Shown piece by piece: positions 25,135 through 37,967 of a stretch of DNA of 64,000 bases. Position 1 is the first letter of the stretch. Every line of letters starts with the position of its first letter. The translations under genes were made by a program, and so were the position numbers. The stretch is from Octopus vulgaris (Eukaryota). The notes beneath the pieces were generated by a model. The model was not told the origin of the DNA. It did no database searches and worked only from the letters and a program-made list of their open reading frames with translations. The stretch lies in the NCBI GenBank assembly GCA_951406725.2, contig OX597822.1:29388001-29452000 (forward strand). The letters run 5' to 3'.

Positions 25135-27015
25135 AGAATGGAGAGAGTTAGTCTAGATGAGATGCAGTTTCGTTTTGTGCCAGGCAGAAGCACCACTGAT
25201 GCTATACTTCTGCTAAGGCAACTGCAGGAGAAATACCTAGCTAAAGATAAACCTCTGTACTTGGCTTTTGCTGACTTGGAGAAAGCCTTTGACAGGGTCC
25301 TCCGATCCCTTATCTGGTGATCAATGCAGAAACTAGGGACAGACGAATGGTTGATAAGAGCTGTACAAGCCCTGTACAGTAAGGTGAGGGTTGGCAACAA
25401 GTATAGTGAAGAATTCCAGGTAGAAGTGGGGGTTCACCAAGGATCAGTCCTCAGCCCCCTCTTATTCATTATAGTCCACCAGGCAATAACAAGAATTCAA
25501 AACAGGCTGCCCCTGGGAACTCCTCTATGCTGATGACCTTGTTCTAATAGCCGAGTCACAGCCAGAACTAGAGATGAAGTTTAGGTTGTGGAAGTAAGAT
25601 CTACAATCAAAGGGCCTTAGGGTTAACCTGGCTAAAACCAAAGTCTTAGTAAGTAGGAAGGCTGTCAAATCACAAATCTCTTCAGGTAGATGGCTCTGCT
25701 TGATCTATTGAAAAGGTGTGGGTAAAAACTCCATATGATGTACCTGGTGTAAGCTATGGACACATAAAAGGTGCAACAATATTAAAGATAGCTTTTGTGT
25801 GTGGCAGATGCACAGGGGCAATAAGCACTGAAGATGTACAGAAAACAAATTCCATCACATGCCAGGGCAAAAAACTAGAAGTAGTTAATAGCTTTTGCTA
25901 CCTTGGCAACCAAGTCCGTTGTGGGGGGTGGTTGCTCTGAGAGTGTTGTGGCTAGAATAAGAATAATCTGGGCAAAGTTCAGGGAGCTACTACCTCTGCT
26001 GGCAACTAAGGGCCTCTTGCTCAGGATGAAAGGTAGACTGTATGATGCATGTGTGTGAACTGCCATGCTAAATGGCAGTGAAACATGGTCCATGACTGCT
26101 GAGGACATGCGTAGGCTTGAAATAAATAAAGCTACTATGATCCACTGGATGTGTAATGGCAGTGTGCATACATGACAGAGTGTAAGCGCCCTGAGAGAAA
26201 AGTTGGGCATGAGAAGCATCAAATGTGGTGTGCAAGAGAGATGACTGCGCTGGTATGGCCATATGTTACGTATGGATGAGGACAGCTGTGTGAGGAAGTG
26301 CCACTCCCTAACTGGAAGGAACCTGTGGAAGAGGTAAACTCAAAGAAGACATGGGATGAGGTGGTCAAACATGACCTTCAAACATGGGGCCTCGCAGAGG
26401 CAATGACAGGTGACTGAGACCTCTGGTGACGTGCTAAAAGCACCATCTGAACTTGGTCAATGCCAGGTCCACCTGACTGGCTTCTGTGTTGGTGGCACAT
26501 AAAAAGCACCATCCGAATGTGGCCGATGCCAGTACCCCGTGACTGGCTCCCATGTTAGTGGTACATAAAAAGCACTATCCGAAGGTGATTGATGCCAGGA
26601 CTGCCTGACTGGTTCCTGTGCTGGTGGTACGTAAAATGCAGCATTCAAATGTGGCTGATGGCAGTACCCCTGACTGGCCACCCATGCTGGTGACATGTAA
26701 AAAGTACTGTCGGAACGTGGCCAATGCCAGTACTTCCTGACTGGCATTTGTGCTGGTGGCACTTAAAAAAGCATTATCTGAACGTGATCAATGCCAGGCC
26801 CACTTGACTGGCTCCTGTGCCAATGGCACATAAAAAAAAAGCACCCACTACACTCTCAGAGTGGTTGGCGTCAGGAAGGGCATCTAGCTGTAGAAACATT
26901 ACCAGATCAAATTGGAGCCTGGTGCAGTCGCCGGATTTCAAGACCTCAGCCAAACCGTCCAACCCATGCCAGCATGGAAAGCAGACGTTAAATGATGATG
27001 ATGATGATGATGATG
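25135..27015 (+). mobile_element. 5'-truncated decayed RTE-clade LINE (RT domain, C-terminus, 3' UTR)
   Basis: DEMQFRFVPGRSTTDAI, AFADLEKAFDRV, GVHQGSVLSPLLF, LLYADDLVL motifs with stops/frameshifts; UTR of about 60 bp repeats from 26430; (GAT)n tail. Confidence 0.93.
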
Positions 27016-27239
27016 AATGCACTTGGTGTTAAAAACACTTGAAAGTAAGTTATAGGCAAGCATGACAACTCACATCAGGTCCCTTTTCTGAGTGACAGAC
27101 ATCGGTGTTTTGTCATTGTTGTGACTTTTCAATGCTGCACACTAAACAAGGCCTGCTGCAAGTTATATTGCTGACCTGTGACTGTATGCTAAATGGTTTA
27201 AAAACCATCGATTGCCCCTGCCACATATTCACATATTTA

Positions 27240-27303
<64 letters not shown>

Positions 27304-27572
27304 TATATATATACACACACACACAAATACATACACACAGACACATGTATGTATGTGTCTGTGTTTGTCCCCCACCACTGATTGACCACCATTGTTGGTG
27401 TGTTTGTATTCCTGTAAACTAGCGGTTTTATAAAAAAGACTGACAGAATAAGGACCAAACTTTAAAAAAAAAAAAGTACTGGGGTTGATTCGCCTGACTA
27501 AAATTCTTCAAGGTGGTTACCCCGCATGGCCACAGTCTGATGACTGAAACAGTTAAAGAAAAGAAAGATAAA

Positions 27573-27615
<43 letters not shown>

Positions 27616-27617
<2 letters not shown>

Positions 27618-28114
27618 ATGTAAAGTATAGAAGCCATCTTATCATGGCTAACCACATTGGGGAGGGGGTGTTACTGTAGCTTTATAGCCCCAAGAGATCG
27701 TCATCTCTAGCTGGCTTTAGACACAATATCAGTGCCCTTGGAGTATTTGCAAAGGGAGGCCATCCCTTCCTCGCAAGCCTGAGTGATACGCTCGAACTAG
27801 TTTCGGGATTTTTGTCCCTCGTCAACGGGTGGTAACCACCAGGTCGCGATGAAAGTGAAGGCTGCTTTGCAAATATATATAAGTTTTTCTAGTGGCGTCT
27901 GCCACTGATGTCGAAAAATGAACAGTAAGCATAATTAAATCTCAGAATGAGATTGAAACAGTAATCGCTCGATAATGTAAAGTATAGAAGCCATCTTATT
28001 ATGGCTAACCACATTGGGGAGGGGGTGTTACTGTAGCCATGATAAGATGGCTTCTATACTTTACATTATCGAGCGATTACTGTTTCAATCTCATTCTGAG
28101 ATTTAATTATGCTT
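27616..28114 (-). mobile_element. Penelope-like pseudo-LTR / retrozyme-like repeat with degenerate hammerhead motif
   Basis: 65 bp direct repeat 357 nt apart, about 80 bp inverted copy, minus-strand TTGACGA-GGGA-caaaaa-TCCC-GAAACTAGTT at 27795-27825. Confidence 0.65.
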
Positions 28115-28115
28115 G

Positions 28116-28153
<38 letters not shown>

Positions 28154-28624
28154 ATATGTTACATTACTCGATAGTCAAGATAAAACTCTGAGTTTCAGAT
28201 GCCGAGTAATGCAACATATTATTTTATAGATAAATTTCCTCTATTTACATAATATTGAGGTCTCTTTCTTTCTTTTGTTATCTTACCGTTTTACCAATAT
28301 ATATATATATATATATATAGATAGATAGATAGATAGATATAAATAAATGTAAGATTCAAGGATTGAGGTGCATGAAGAAGGTGAGCCGCAGCCAAATGAC
28401 TGAAACAAGTAAAAGAATGTCCACATGCTGAACGAGAGAAAGCAAAAGGTGGAGACTTTTCAGAGGATGAATTTTTAAGTATAAATAAATGGATATTTAT
28501 ATTAATAAATCCAACTTACACAGAGTACAAACGACAGAGAAAATAATTGCCTCTCTCTCTCCCCTCCCTCCCTCCCTCCCTCTCTCTCTGTCTGTCTATC
28601 TGTCTCTCCCTCCCTCTTTCTATG

Positions 28625-28987
28625 TGGAAGCACTCCGTCGGTTACGACGACGAGGGTTCCGGTTGATCCGAATCAACGGAACAGCCTGCTCGTGAAATTA
28701 ACGTGTAAGTGGCTGAGCACTCCACAGACACGTGTACCCTTAACGTAGTTCTCGGGGATATTCAGCGTGACACAGAGAGTGACAATGCCGGCCCTTTGAA
28801 ATACAGGTACAACAGAAACAGGAAGTAAGAGTGAGAGAAAGTTGTGGTGAAAGAGTACAGCAGGGATCACCACCATCCCCTGCCGGAGCCTCGTGGAGCT
28901 TTAGGAGTTTTCACTCAATAAACACTCACAATGCCCGGTCTGGGAATCGAAACCGCGATCCTATGACCGCTGGGCCATTGCGCCTCC
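28625..28987 (-). mobile_element. tRNA-derived SINE family D (deletion in head)
   Basis: Near-identical to 32505-32886 and 51301-51613. Confidence 0.85.
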
Positions 28988-29439
28988 ACTCCCTCTTTCT
29001 ATACACACACACACACACACACATACATATTGGGGCCTGGTGCAGCCTCCTGGCTTTCCAGACCCCAGTTGAACTGTCCAACCTATGCCAGCACGGAAAA
29101 TGGACATTAAACAATGAGGATGATGATGATGATGATGAAATGTTCAATTCTTTTGTATATGGATTAGATATTTTCTTATTGACTCAACTTCGATCAGGTG
29201 CAACGGTGTTGCACTTCTTACGCTTCATGTATAATGCTTTTATTTATAGTATGTTATACTATAAATAAACACACACATACACACACCTCCATACAATATT
29301 GCAGTCAGTCTTTTTGTATATGCACAATTGGTAAAGTCTTATAATTTCTCTCATGAGATGGCCTTGAGACGCTTATTTTAAACATTTTTGTAAACTACGT
29401 AATCTTTTGAACATTGTATTTATTTTTACTATCTCTCTG

Positions 29440-29850
29440 TTACTCTCTTACTTGTTTCAGTCATTTTGACTGTGGCCATGCTGGAGCATCGCCTTTAGTC
29501 GACCAAATCGACCCCAGGACTTATTCTTTGTAAGCCTAGTACTTATTCTATTGGTCTCTTTTGACGACTCGCTAAGTTACAGGGACGTAAACACACCAGC
29601 ATCGGTTGTCAAGTGATGTCGTGGGAACAAACACAGACACACATACATATACACACATACATATATAAATATATATATATACATATACATGACGGGCTTC
29701 TTTCAGTTTCCGTCTACCAAATCCACTCACAAGGCTTTGGTTGGCCCGAGGCTATAGTAGAAGACACTTGCCCAAAATGCTATGCAGTGGGACTGAATCC
29801 GGAACCATGTGGTTGGTAAGCAAGCTACTTACCACACAGCCATTCCTACA
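29440..29850 (-). mobile_element. SINE family A
   Basis: Full-length reverse-complement copy with central TA/CA microsatellite. Confidence 0.82.
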
Positions 29851-30530
29851 CCTAGTTCATATTTTTCATATAGTTTATCTTTTATGCCATTGAATAAGTA
29901 AATAAATCAACAAATGAAGAAAATTTGTACATAGCTACTCTCGCAGCACACATGCAAGCGTGTGGCCAGTTTCACATTTGATTTTCAAAAGGGTATGTGT
30001 TAGTGTTAGGTGGAACTGTGTCACAAAGGTTGTTGCTGTGAAAATCATTTGTTTTTATAGAAAGAATGTGGCTCAGATCACTATCAGATAGATTGGTTGA
30101 GAAAGGTTATGTGGTGAGGTAAGGGAATTTTCGGTTAGCTTTCCGCTACATTCATGTATTAAGGTCATATGATAGCTGCATGAGAAGGTCATGTCAAAGC
30201 TTTTGTCCAGTGTATATGTCATGTGGCAGTTAGAACAACAGCTACGGAAAGTGATGTTTGTGATCGTTATGTCCAAATTTAGGGCGGTTTTAGCTTTTTT
30301 TGGTTGTGTCCACGTGTTAGATTAAACACAATAACACCCACCCCCTGCTGCCCACACAAATAAGGATAGGTAAAGAGAACTTCCAATCTGTTTCATTTAC
30401 CATTTCCATTCTCAAGACGTTGATGAGCTGGTAGCATAGCAATAGTAGAGAGAAAACACTTGCCCAAGGTGCCATTCATTGGGATTGAAATCAAGACCAC
30501 ATCACACAGCCCTCTGGAAAAGTATTCAAT

Positions 30531-30922
30531 AGGCGTAGGAGTGGCTAATTGGTAAGTAGCTTGCTAACCAACCACATGGTTCCGGGTTCAATCCCACTGC
30601 GTGGCATCTTGGGCAAGTGTCTTCTGCTATAGCCTTGGATCGACCAAAGCCTTGTGAGTGGATTTGGTAGACAGAAACTGAAAGAAGCCCGTCGTATATA
30701 TGTATATATATGCGTGTGTGTTTGTCCCCCTAGCATTGCTTGACAATGTGTGTTTATGTCCCTGTTACTTAGCGGTTCGGCAAAAGAGACCGATAGAATA
30801 AGTACTGGGCTTACAAAAATAAGTCCCGGGGTCGAGTTGCTTGATTAAAAAAAAAAGGCAGTGCTCCAGCATGGCTGCAGTCAAATGACTGAAACAGTAA
30901 AAGAGTAAAAGAGTAAAAGAGT
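30531..30922 (+). mobile_element. SINE family A
   Basis: Head aggcgtaggagtggct, B-box-like gggttcaatccc, tail (gagtaaaa)n. Confidence 0.82.
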
Positions 30923-30998
30923 AATATAATTTCATTTCATAGTGATTACACATAATTATGTTTTGTTTTAATTTTGCTTACACCAGAAGAGAAAGAGA

Positions 30999-31054
<56 letters not shown>

Positions 31055-31354
31055 CTTTGGTTAGCAATCAGTTTAGATGGAAGTTGTAAAACAAAAAAAA
31101 AAAAAAAGACATGGTCGTAGCAGTGTTCTATTGAATGGAAATGGTTTAATCACATGAGAAATCTCTTCCCTGTGGAAATGTATAAACAACCTGTTGAGGT
31201 TTTAAAATAGCTTACAGTTTGTTTACGTTAAGGAAGTACTTTACTTTGTGCATGACAAACGCTGTTGTGTTGAATGAAATGAAAATCCACCCACGCACAT
31301 CTCTCTCTCCCTCTCTTCCCTCCTCCTTTCTCTCGTATTATATTTGTGTAATAC

Positions 31355-31605
31355 TTATTATTATTATTATTTTCTTCTCATATATGCACAGCAGATTAAA
31401 CTTTTGGAACAGGAAAATTCCTGACATCAGGCTACAACAAGTAACCTTAGATGCCAAGAACCTTCCTATGTGTCCTAGCTGTCCTTAATAACACCATTTT
31501 CTGGAGCTGTACTAAACTGGATTTTATGCCTATTTCCTCTATCGATCTGTTCAAATCTTTAGGGATAGTTCCTAATCCACCTATAACTACAGGAATACAT
31601 CTAAC
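31355..31605 (-). mobile_element. R4/Dong-type LINE 3' end
   Basis: Minus translation IPVVIGGLGTIPKDL..QLQKMVLLRTART.RKVLGI* followed by (TAA)n. Confidence 0.8.
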
Positions 31606-31680
31606 CTGGCAAGGTCCTGGTACTTTGCTAATACATTTTACCTGGCAAGGTCTTGGTACTTGCTATTTTTCATATACTAT

Positions 31681-32118
31681 AGGTGTAGGAGTGGCTGTGT
31701 GGTAAATAGCTTGCTTACGAACCACATGGTTCCGGGTTCAGTCCCACTGCATGGCACCTCGGGCAAGTGTCTTCTACTATAGCCAACCAAAGCCTTGTGA
31801 GTGGATTTGGTAGACAGAAACTGAAAGAAGCCCGTCATATATGTGTGTGTATATATATATACGTGTGTGTGTGTGTGTGTGTGTGTGTATGTTTGTGTGT
31901 CTGTGTTTGTCCCCCTAACATTGCTTGACAACCGATGGTGGTGTGTTTACGTTACTGTAACCGGTTACGTTACCAGTTCAGCAAAAGATACCGATAGAAT
32001 AAGTACTAGGCTTACAAAGAATAAGTCCTGGGGTCGATTTGCTCGAGTAAAGGCGGTGCTCCAGCATGGCCACAGTCAAATGACTGAAACAAGTAAAAGA
32101 GTAAAGAGTAAAGAGAGT
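31681..32118 (+). mobile_element. SINE family A, full length
   Basis: tRNA-like head (tggctgtgtgg, gggttcagtccc), central (TG)n, gagtaaaa tail. Confidence 0.85.
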
Positions 32119-32504
32119 AACTTGGCACTTTTTGTTCTCTTTGTCTGCTACTAAATCGGGACTTCTAGCTTCTAATACTGTCAGTCTGTTGTTGTTGTTG
32201 TTGCTGCTGCTGCTGCTACTATTAGCATGTTGGACAAAATGCTTGCTAGCAACATTTCATGTCCTCCTTATGTTCTGAGTTCAGATTTCACTGAGGCCAA
32301 CTTTTCATCCTTTCAAGGTTGATGACATAAGTACCAGTCTAGTACTGGGGTTGATGTAATAATTTCATTATCATTTTTTATTATTAAATTCACATGATTC
32401 TTGATGTGAAATTGTGTTGAAACAGATATTGTTAAATTTCAGGATGGCCATTTTTTTTTTCTTGCCAAATAGATGTGTGCGCGCGCGCATACACACGCAC
32501 ACTG

Positions 32505-32886
32505 GATGGAAGCACTCCATCAGTTACGACGACGAGGGTTCCGGTTGATCCGAATCAACGGAACAGCCTGCTCGTGAAATTAACGTGTAAGTGGCTGAGC
32601 ACTCCACAGACATGTGTACCCTTAACGTAGTTCTCGGGGATATTCAGCGTGACACAGAGAGTGACACGGCCGGCCCTTTGAAATACAGGTACAACAGAAA
32701 CAGGAAGTAAGAGAGAAAGTTGTGGTGAAAGAGTACAGCAGGGATCACCACCATCCCCTGCTGGAGCCTCGTGGAGCTTTAGGAGTTTTCGCTCAATAAA
32801 CACTCACAACGCCCGGTCTGGGAATCGAAACCGCGATCCTATGACCACGAGTCCGCTGCCCTAACCACTGGGCCATTGTGCCTCCA
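32505..32886 (-). mobile_element. tRNA-derived SINE family D, full length
   Basis: Minus head tggaggcacaatggcccagtggttagggcagcggactc..ggtttcgattccc with A and B boxes. Confidence 0.88.
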
Positions 32887-32910
32887 CACACACACACACA
32901 CTATGTATTA

Positions 32911-33131
32911 GTTCTTCACTTGTTTATTGTTGTTCTTATTTTATCTTATGTCCCTTATCCGGAAATCTTTTGTCACACATCTGTGACCTCTTCAGCGACT
33001 CTTCCGTCCCACATGTATCCTCCTGTTCTGTTTAGTCCATTCTTTGAGAATGGACTAAACAGATGTCTGATGAAAGATTTCCATACAATTGACATAGATA
33101 AAATAACAACAACTATAAACGAGTGAAGAAC
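32911..33131. repeat. Fold-back element with imperfect terminal inverted arms and internal 17 bp hairpin
   Basis: gttcttcacttgtttattgttgtt.. versus ..aacaacaactataaacgagtgaagaac; stem 33027-33063. Confidence 0.7.
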
Positions 33132-33769
33132 AAAGATAAAGTGTGTGTGTGTGTCTGTGTGTGTTTATTTGGCAAGAAAAAATAAATGACCATCCCAAAA
33201 TATAACAATTTTCTTTTCATTAATGGATTAGTCTGGAGGAGGGGCAGTGGTCATGGTATTGTCACCCCCCCCCCAAGTAGGTGCGAGATCAATATAGATT
33301 ACGCTTGGATTGAATAACTGTAACTTGATGTTTGCAGGAAAAATGTCAGGCTGATGGGAGTTCCAGAGGGTTACAGAGAAGAGAAAACTTAAAACAAATG
33401 AGAGAGTGGGAAAGAGTAGGAAGATGAGATGGTGGTGGTGGTGGTGGGGAATATTTCCAATACAACAAAGTGTTTGTCATGTAAGATAAGTACTTCCTTA
33501 TTGTGAACAAACTGTTGGTGATGCAACAGGATACCTTTTAGAGGATTAGAATCCTGGATTCAGGAACTCATTGTTCAGTGATATCATAGTCACTTGACCC
33601 TATGGCTTTGGCATACACCTGAACTTGAAATCAAAAGAAGAAAAAAAAAGAATAAGAAAGAATCACGCCAAACTTCTATTCTTATAAGAAAAAGAAGTTA
33701 GTTAATAAAAAATTAATTTAAAGAATTTGTGTGTGTGTGTGTGTGTGCGCGCGCGCAACTGAAAATAGG

Positions 33770-34650
33770 TGGATAAAGAAAAGAATGCATGGACAATTTC
33801 ATAGGGAACCCGTGCTAGCGCGGAAAACGGATGTTAAATGATGATGATGATGATGATGTTGAAGATAAGACAGACAGAAAAAAGATGGCTATAGATTACT
33901 ATAAGTAATTTAAAACTGGAGTTTTAAATTACTGGAGGCTCTAATCTGTGCTGCCCAAGAGAAAGTACTAAGAACAAATTACATCAAATACAGAACAGAC
34001 AACACATCAGAAAGCGATAGGTGCAGAATTTGTAGACAAAATGGTGAAACGGTATGGCATATTACCAGTCAATGTACGACACAAGCCCAGAAAGAATATA
34101 AGAGATGCCATGACAATATAGCAAGGATTGTCCATTGGACACTTTGCAGCAAGTATGGACTTGACAGAGCAAAAAAGTGGTACAAACATAAACCTGAAGA
34201 CATCATCAAAAATGATAATGCAAAGATCCTATGGGATTTTGCGATTCAATGTGACCATGAAATAGAGAATAGGAAACCAGACATAGTGTTAATTGAAAAA
34301 GAAAGCAAACGATGTTGGATCATAGATATAACATGCCCAGCTGACAACAAGGTGTGTGATAAGGAAGAAAGAAAAGTTGAGAGATATAACAGGTTAGCTT
34401 GGGAGGTTAAGCAGTTGTGGTCAATGAAAAAGGTGGTAGTGGTACCAATAATTGTCAGAGGCCAGGAGTTGCACTAAGGGTGGAGCACTTGCAGGATCAG
34501 CACTGTTTGGAACTGCTTGAATACTCCGGATAGTGTTTGAAAAATAAGGGGTGTTACCTTAGTTCGCTGGTAGCGAACAGCTGTCACCGTACTACATCTC
34601 TCTCATTAGAAGCTGTGCAAGGACAATAAATAATAATAATAATAATAATA
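33770..34650 (+). mobile_element. R4/Dong-clade LINE 3' fragment (CCHC zinc knuckle plus restriction-like endonuclease)
   Basis: RMHGQF, LICAAQE..LRTNYIK, CRIC...ETVWHITSQC, HDNIARIVHW, LWDF, RKPDIV..IIDITCP; ends in (TAA)n. Confidence 0.9.
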
Positions 34651-34654
34651 AATC

Positions 34655-34737
34655 ACACGTATTGAGAAGAGCATTGTCGATCACACATATTGAGAAGAGC
34701 ATTGTCGATCACATGTATTGAGAAGAGCATTGTCGAT
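34655..34737. repeat. Three tandem copies of about 28 bp
   Basis: cac(a)cgtattgagaagagcattgtcgat x3. Confidence 0.9.
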
Positions 34738-34917
34738 GTGAGAACTATTTCTACCCATGTATTTTAATTTAACTTTAAAAAAAAAAGAAAGAAAATGAAC
34801 GAACTAGTGAGTTTAGTTTAATGGCCTACCAATGTATACTATGAGTTTCTTTGCCCTAGGAGTCGGGAAGACACTCGGCAAGAAATGGAAGCAAATTTGA
34901 AAGAAGAAGAAAAAAAG

Positions 34918-34950
<33 letters not shown>

Positions 34951-35355
34951 GTAATAATAATAATAGTAATAATAATAATGATAATAATAATAATAATTAT
35001 AACAATAATAACCCCCCCCCCCAACCACCACCGACAACAAAGAAGTGTTCTGGTGTTTATGTAGAGGCCTACATTGAATGCCTGGGCACTGAGAGGGGTT
35101 TGTTTTTGTTGATGCTATTGTGGATTCCATGGTTAGAGTTGGTTCAAAAAGCTCCATATAAACTCTTGACATAGATACAAGTGAGTTTATGAAAGAGTAC
35201 ATAATGTTTAACTTCCTAGTATGCATGGAAAAACCTTTGTTGTTAATGTGGATGATATATTTAATGCTTACTGAAATTGAGATGTTATTGCAAATTGATT
35301 CAACTCCTGAAATTATGTTGTTCCACTGATCTAAAACTGTTTCTTTCTTTTACAG

Positions 35356-35449
35356 CCCTTTCTATGGTGAAGAATTCCATGCAGAAATACCAAAGCGCTT
35401 TAGGTATTTGTCATGCTACATTGTCGATACAGGTTATAAAGCTGAGAAG
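35356..35449 (+). CDS. RASA3: RASA3-like exon (C2A)
   Basis: ttttacag|c PFYGEEFHAEIPKRFRYLSCYIVDTGYKAEK|gtagat; phase 2 to 0. Confidence 0.92.
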
Positions 35450-35623
35450 GTAGATTTTTTTTTTCCAGATATTTTTACTTTATTTTTATTTGTACTGCTC
35501 CTTAGTATTCCCCACCTCTCTCTCTCCACACACACACACACACACACAAACAAAATCTGTTGTTTGTTTCAGTTTCTCTCAAACAAAAATTATTTTCATT
35601 ATTAGGCGCAGGAGTTGCTGTGT

Positions 35624-35783
35624 GGTAAGCGGCTTGGTTACCAACCACATGGTTCCAGGTTCAGTCCCACTGCGTGGCACCTTGGGCATGTGTCTTCTAC
35701 TATAGCCTCGGGCCGCCCAAAGCCTTGTGAGTGGATTTGGTAGACAGAAACTGAAAGAAGCCCGTCGTATATTTGTGTGTGTG

Positions 35784-35816
<33 letters not shown>

Positions 35817-36077
35817 ATATATGTATGTATGTATCTGTATATGTTTGTATGTATGTATGTATGTATCTGTATATGTTTGTGTGTCTGTGTTTGTCCCCCA
35901 ACATTGCTTGACAACTGATGGTGGTGTGTTTATGTCCCCGTAACTTAGCGGTTCGGCAAAAGAGACCAATATAAAAAGTACTAGGCTTACAAAGAATAAG
36001 TCATGGGGTCGATTTGCTCAACTAAAGGCAGTGCTCCAGCATGGCCGCAGTCAAATGACTGAAACAAGTAAAAGAGT
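35624..36077 (+). mobile_element. SINE family A, full length
   Basis: Same head and tail as other copies with long central (TATG)n. Confidence 0.85.
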
Positions 36078-37626
36078 GATGAAAACTGGCAGAATTGTCA
36101 GCACACCAAACAGAATGTTTGGCAGCATTTCCTCCGTCTTGTGTGTGTGTTTGTGTATACCTTTGTGTAGACATCGTGTGATAATTGAAATCATTGTCAT
36201 ACAAGCGAGATTGTTTGTTTTCAGTCTTTCATAAAAATATGTCTAGCTATGAGAAAATATTGCTGTGCTCGGAAACATTTGGTTAGGAAACAGACTTGTT
36301 AACCACACAGCCATACATGTGACTAGCCTTATACTATATATACTGTATATATTATTTTGTCTTTTTGTATAAATAGGACAGCATTGATCAGTGTGTTTTT
36401 TTTTTAACTCTTTAGAGAAAGATCGAATAAGTATGGAAAAGAAACAAAATTTAGTGCAATAATTTCCTCTGACTCTGACTTTCAAATATTTAAAAAGTAG
36501 AAAAAATCAAATGTATGAATGAATGAATCTTAAAGATTCATTCATAAAGTAGCCAACTGACTACTCACAATGTTTCAAACAGCTTCAGTTAAACTATGTC
36601 ATTGAGCCGGTTATGTCTTTGCTGCTTCTGCTGTTATGACATATTAATGAAAATTTTGACATCTCATGAAGTAAATTTAAACTGCTTTTGCAGGTTGTTA
36701 AATTACTAGAGTAACTCTTTCCACAACGTAACAGCTTCTGAAATTTTAGCATCTCTTCTGTAGGAAGATACTTGTACGTCTCCTCTATCACATTTTAGAC
36801 TCCAATCACTTAGTATAAAATCACCTTCTCCTCCTTGATAACCTCTTCCACCTACTCATAGGGACTTTTTGCCCACCCACCCTCAACTCTTTTTTTTATG
36901 CCTTGCACCTTACTTATTTTTTTATTGCCCACAAGGGGCTAAACATAGAGGGGACAAACAAGGACAGACATAGTTCAAGCAGCTAGCTGTAACTAAACTT
37001 CTAAATAAATGTTTAGAAGAATTTAAAATGATGAAAAAAATGTCTTACAACTGCTATTTTATTTATCATCATTTAATGTGCTTTCCATGCTGACATAGGT
37101 TGGATGGTTGGATAAGATCCAGTGAGCCACAGGGCTGCATGAAGCCCCAGTGTCAGCTTTAGCATGTTTTCCATGGTTGGATACCCTTCCTAACACCGAC
37201 CAATTTACGATGTGTACTGGGTGCTTTTTTTCATGCCACCTACATGGCTGAGTATGGCTGATGCCAGTGCTGCTTGACTAGCCCTCTGTGCTTGTGGCAC
37301 ATAAAAAGCACCCACTAGACTCTCAGAGTGATTGGCGTTAGGAAGGACATCCAGCTGTAGAAACCTTACTAGATCAGATTGGAGCCTGGTGAAAGCCCCT
37401 GTCTTGCCAGTCCTCAGTCAACCCAACCAACCCATGCCAGCATGGAAAGCAGACATTAAACAACAACAGCTACGGTGATGATGTACTGGGTTATTGTTTG
37501 TTGCTAATGTTTACATTTTTGGTGACATATTATTGCCAAAAGACACACAGGCGTGTACACACACATGCAATGAATAACTAAATGACATATTTTTTTTAAA
37601 CAGTTTCTTTATTGTTTTCATTGTAG

Positions 37627-37728
37627 GTTATTGGGAAAGTTTCCTTAAGGAGAGAAGAACTTCACAAATACCATGGAAAAGATCATTGGTTTCCCCTGTC
37701 ACATGTTGGCTCAAATCCGGAAGTACAG
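37627..37728 (+). CDS. RASA3: RASA3-like exon (end of C2A)
   Basis: ttgtag|VIGKVSLRREELHKYHGKDHWFPLSHVGSNPEVQ|gtaatt; phase 0 to 0. Confidence 0.95.
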
Positions 37729-37930
37729 GTAATTTAATAATCTTTTTTATGAAGTTCATCATCATCACCACCACCACCACCATGGCCACATCATTGTAAT
37801 CCTCCTCCTCTTCCTCATACCATTCCTCCTCCTTTTTATCCTCTCCCTCCTACTGTGGGTGAATCTGGTAGTCAGAAACTGTGTGGAAGCCTGTTTTGTG
37901 TGTTTGTTTGTGTATGTATTTGTGCATGTC

Positions 37931-37967
<37 letters not shown>

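Noticed and set aside
26430-26850. Repeat-spacer appearance of ggtggcacgtaaaaagcacc units
   Set aside because: Intervening parts are homologous to each other; tandem repeat in a LINE 3' UTR
34813-35226. 137 aa minus-strand ORF
   Set aside because: Partly (TAA)n-derived poly-Tyr, no recognisable domain, antisense within an intron
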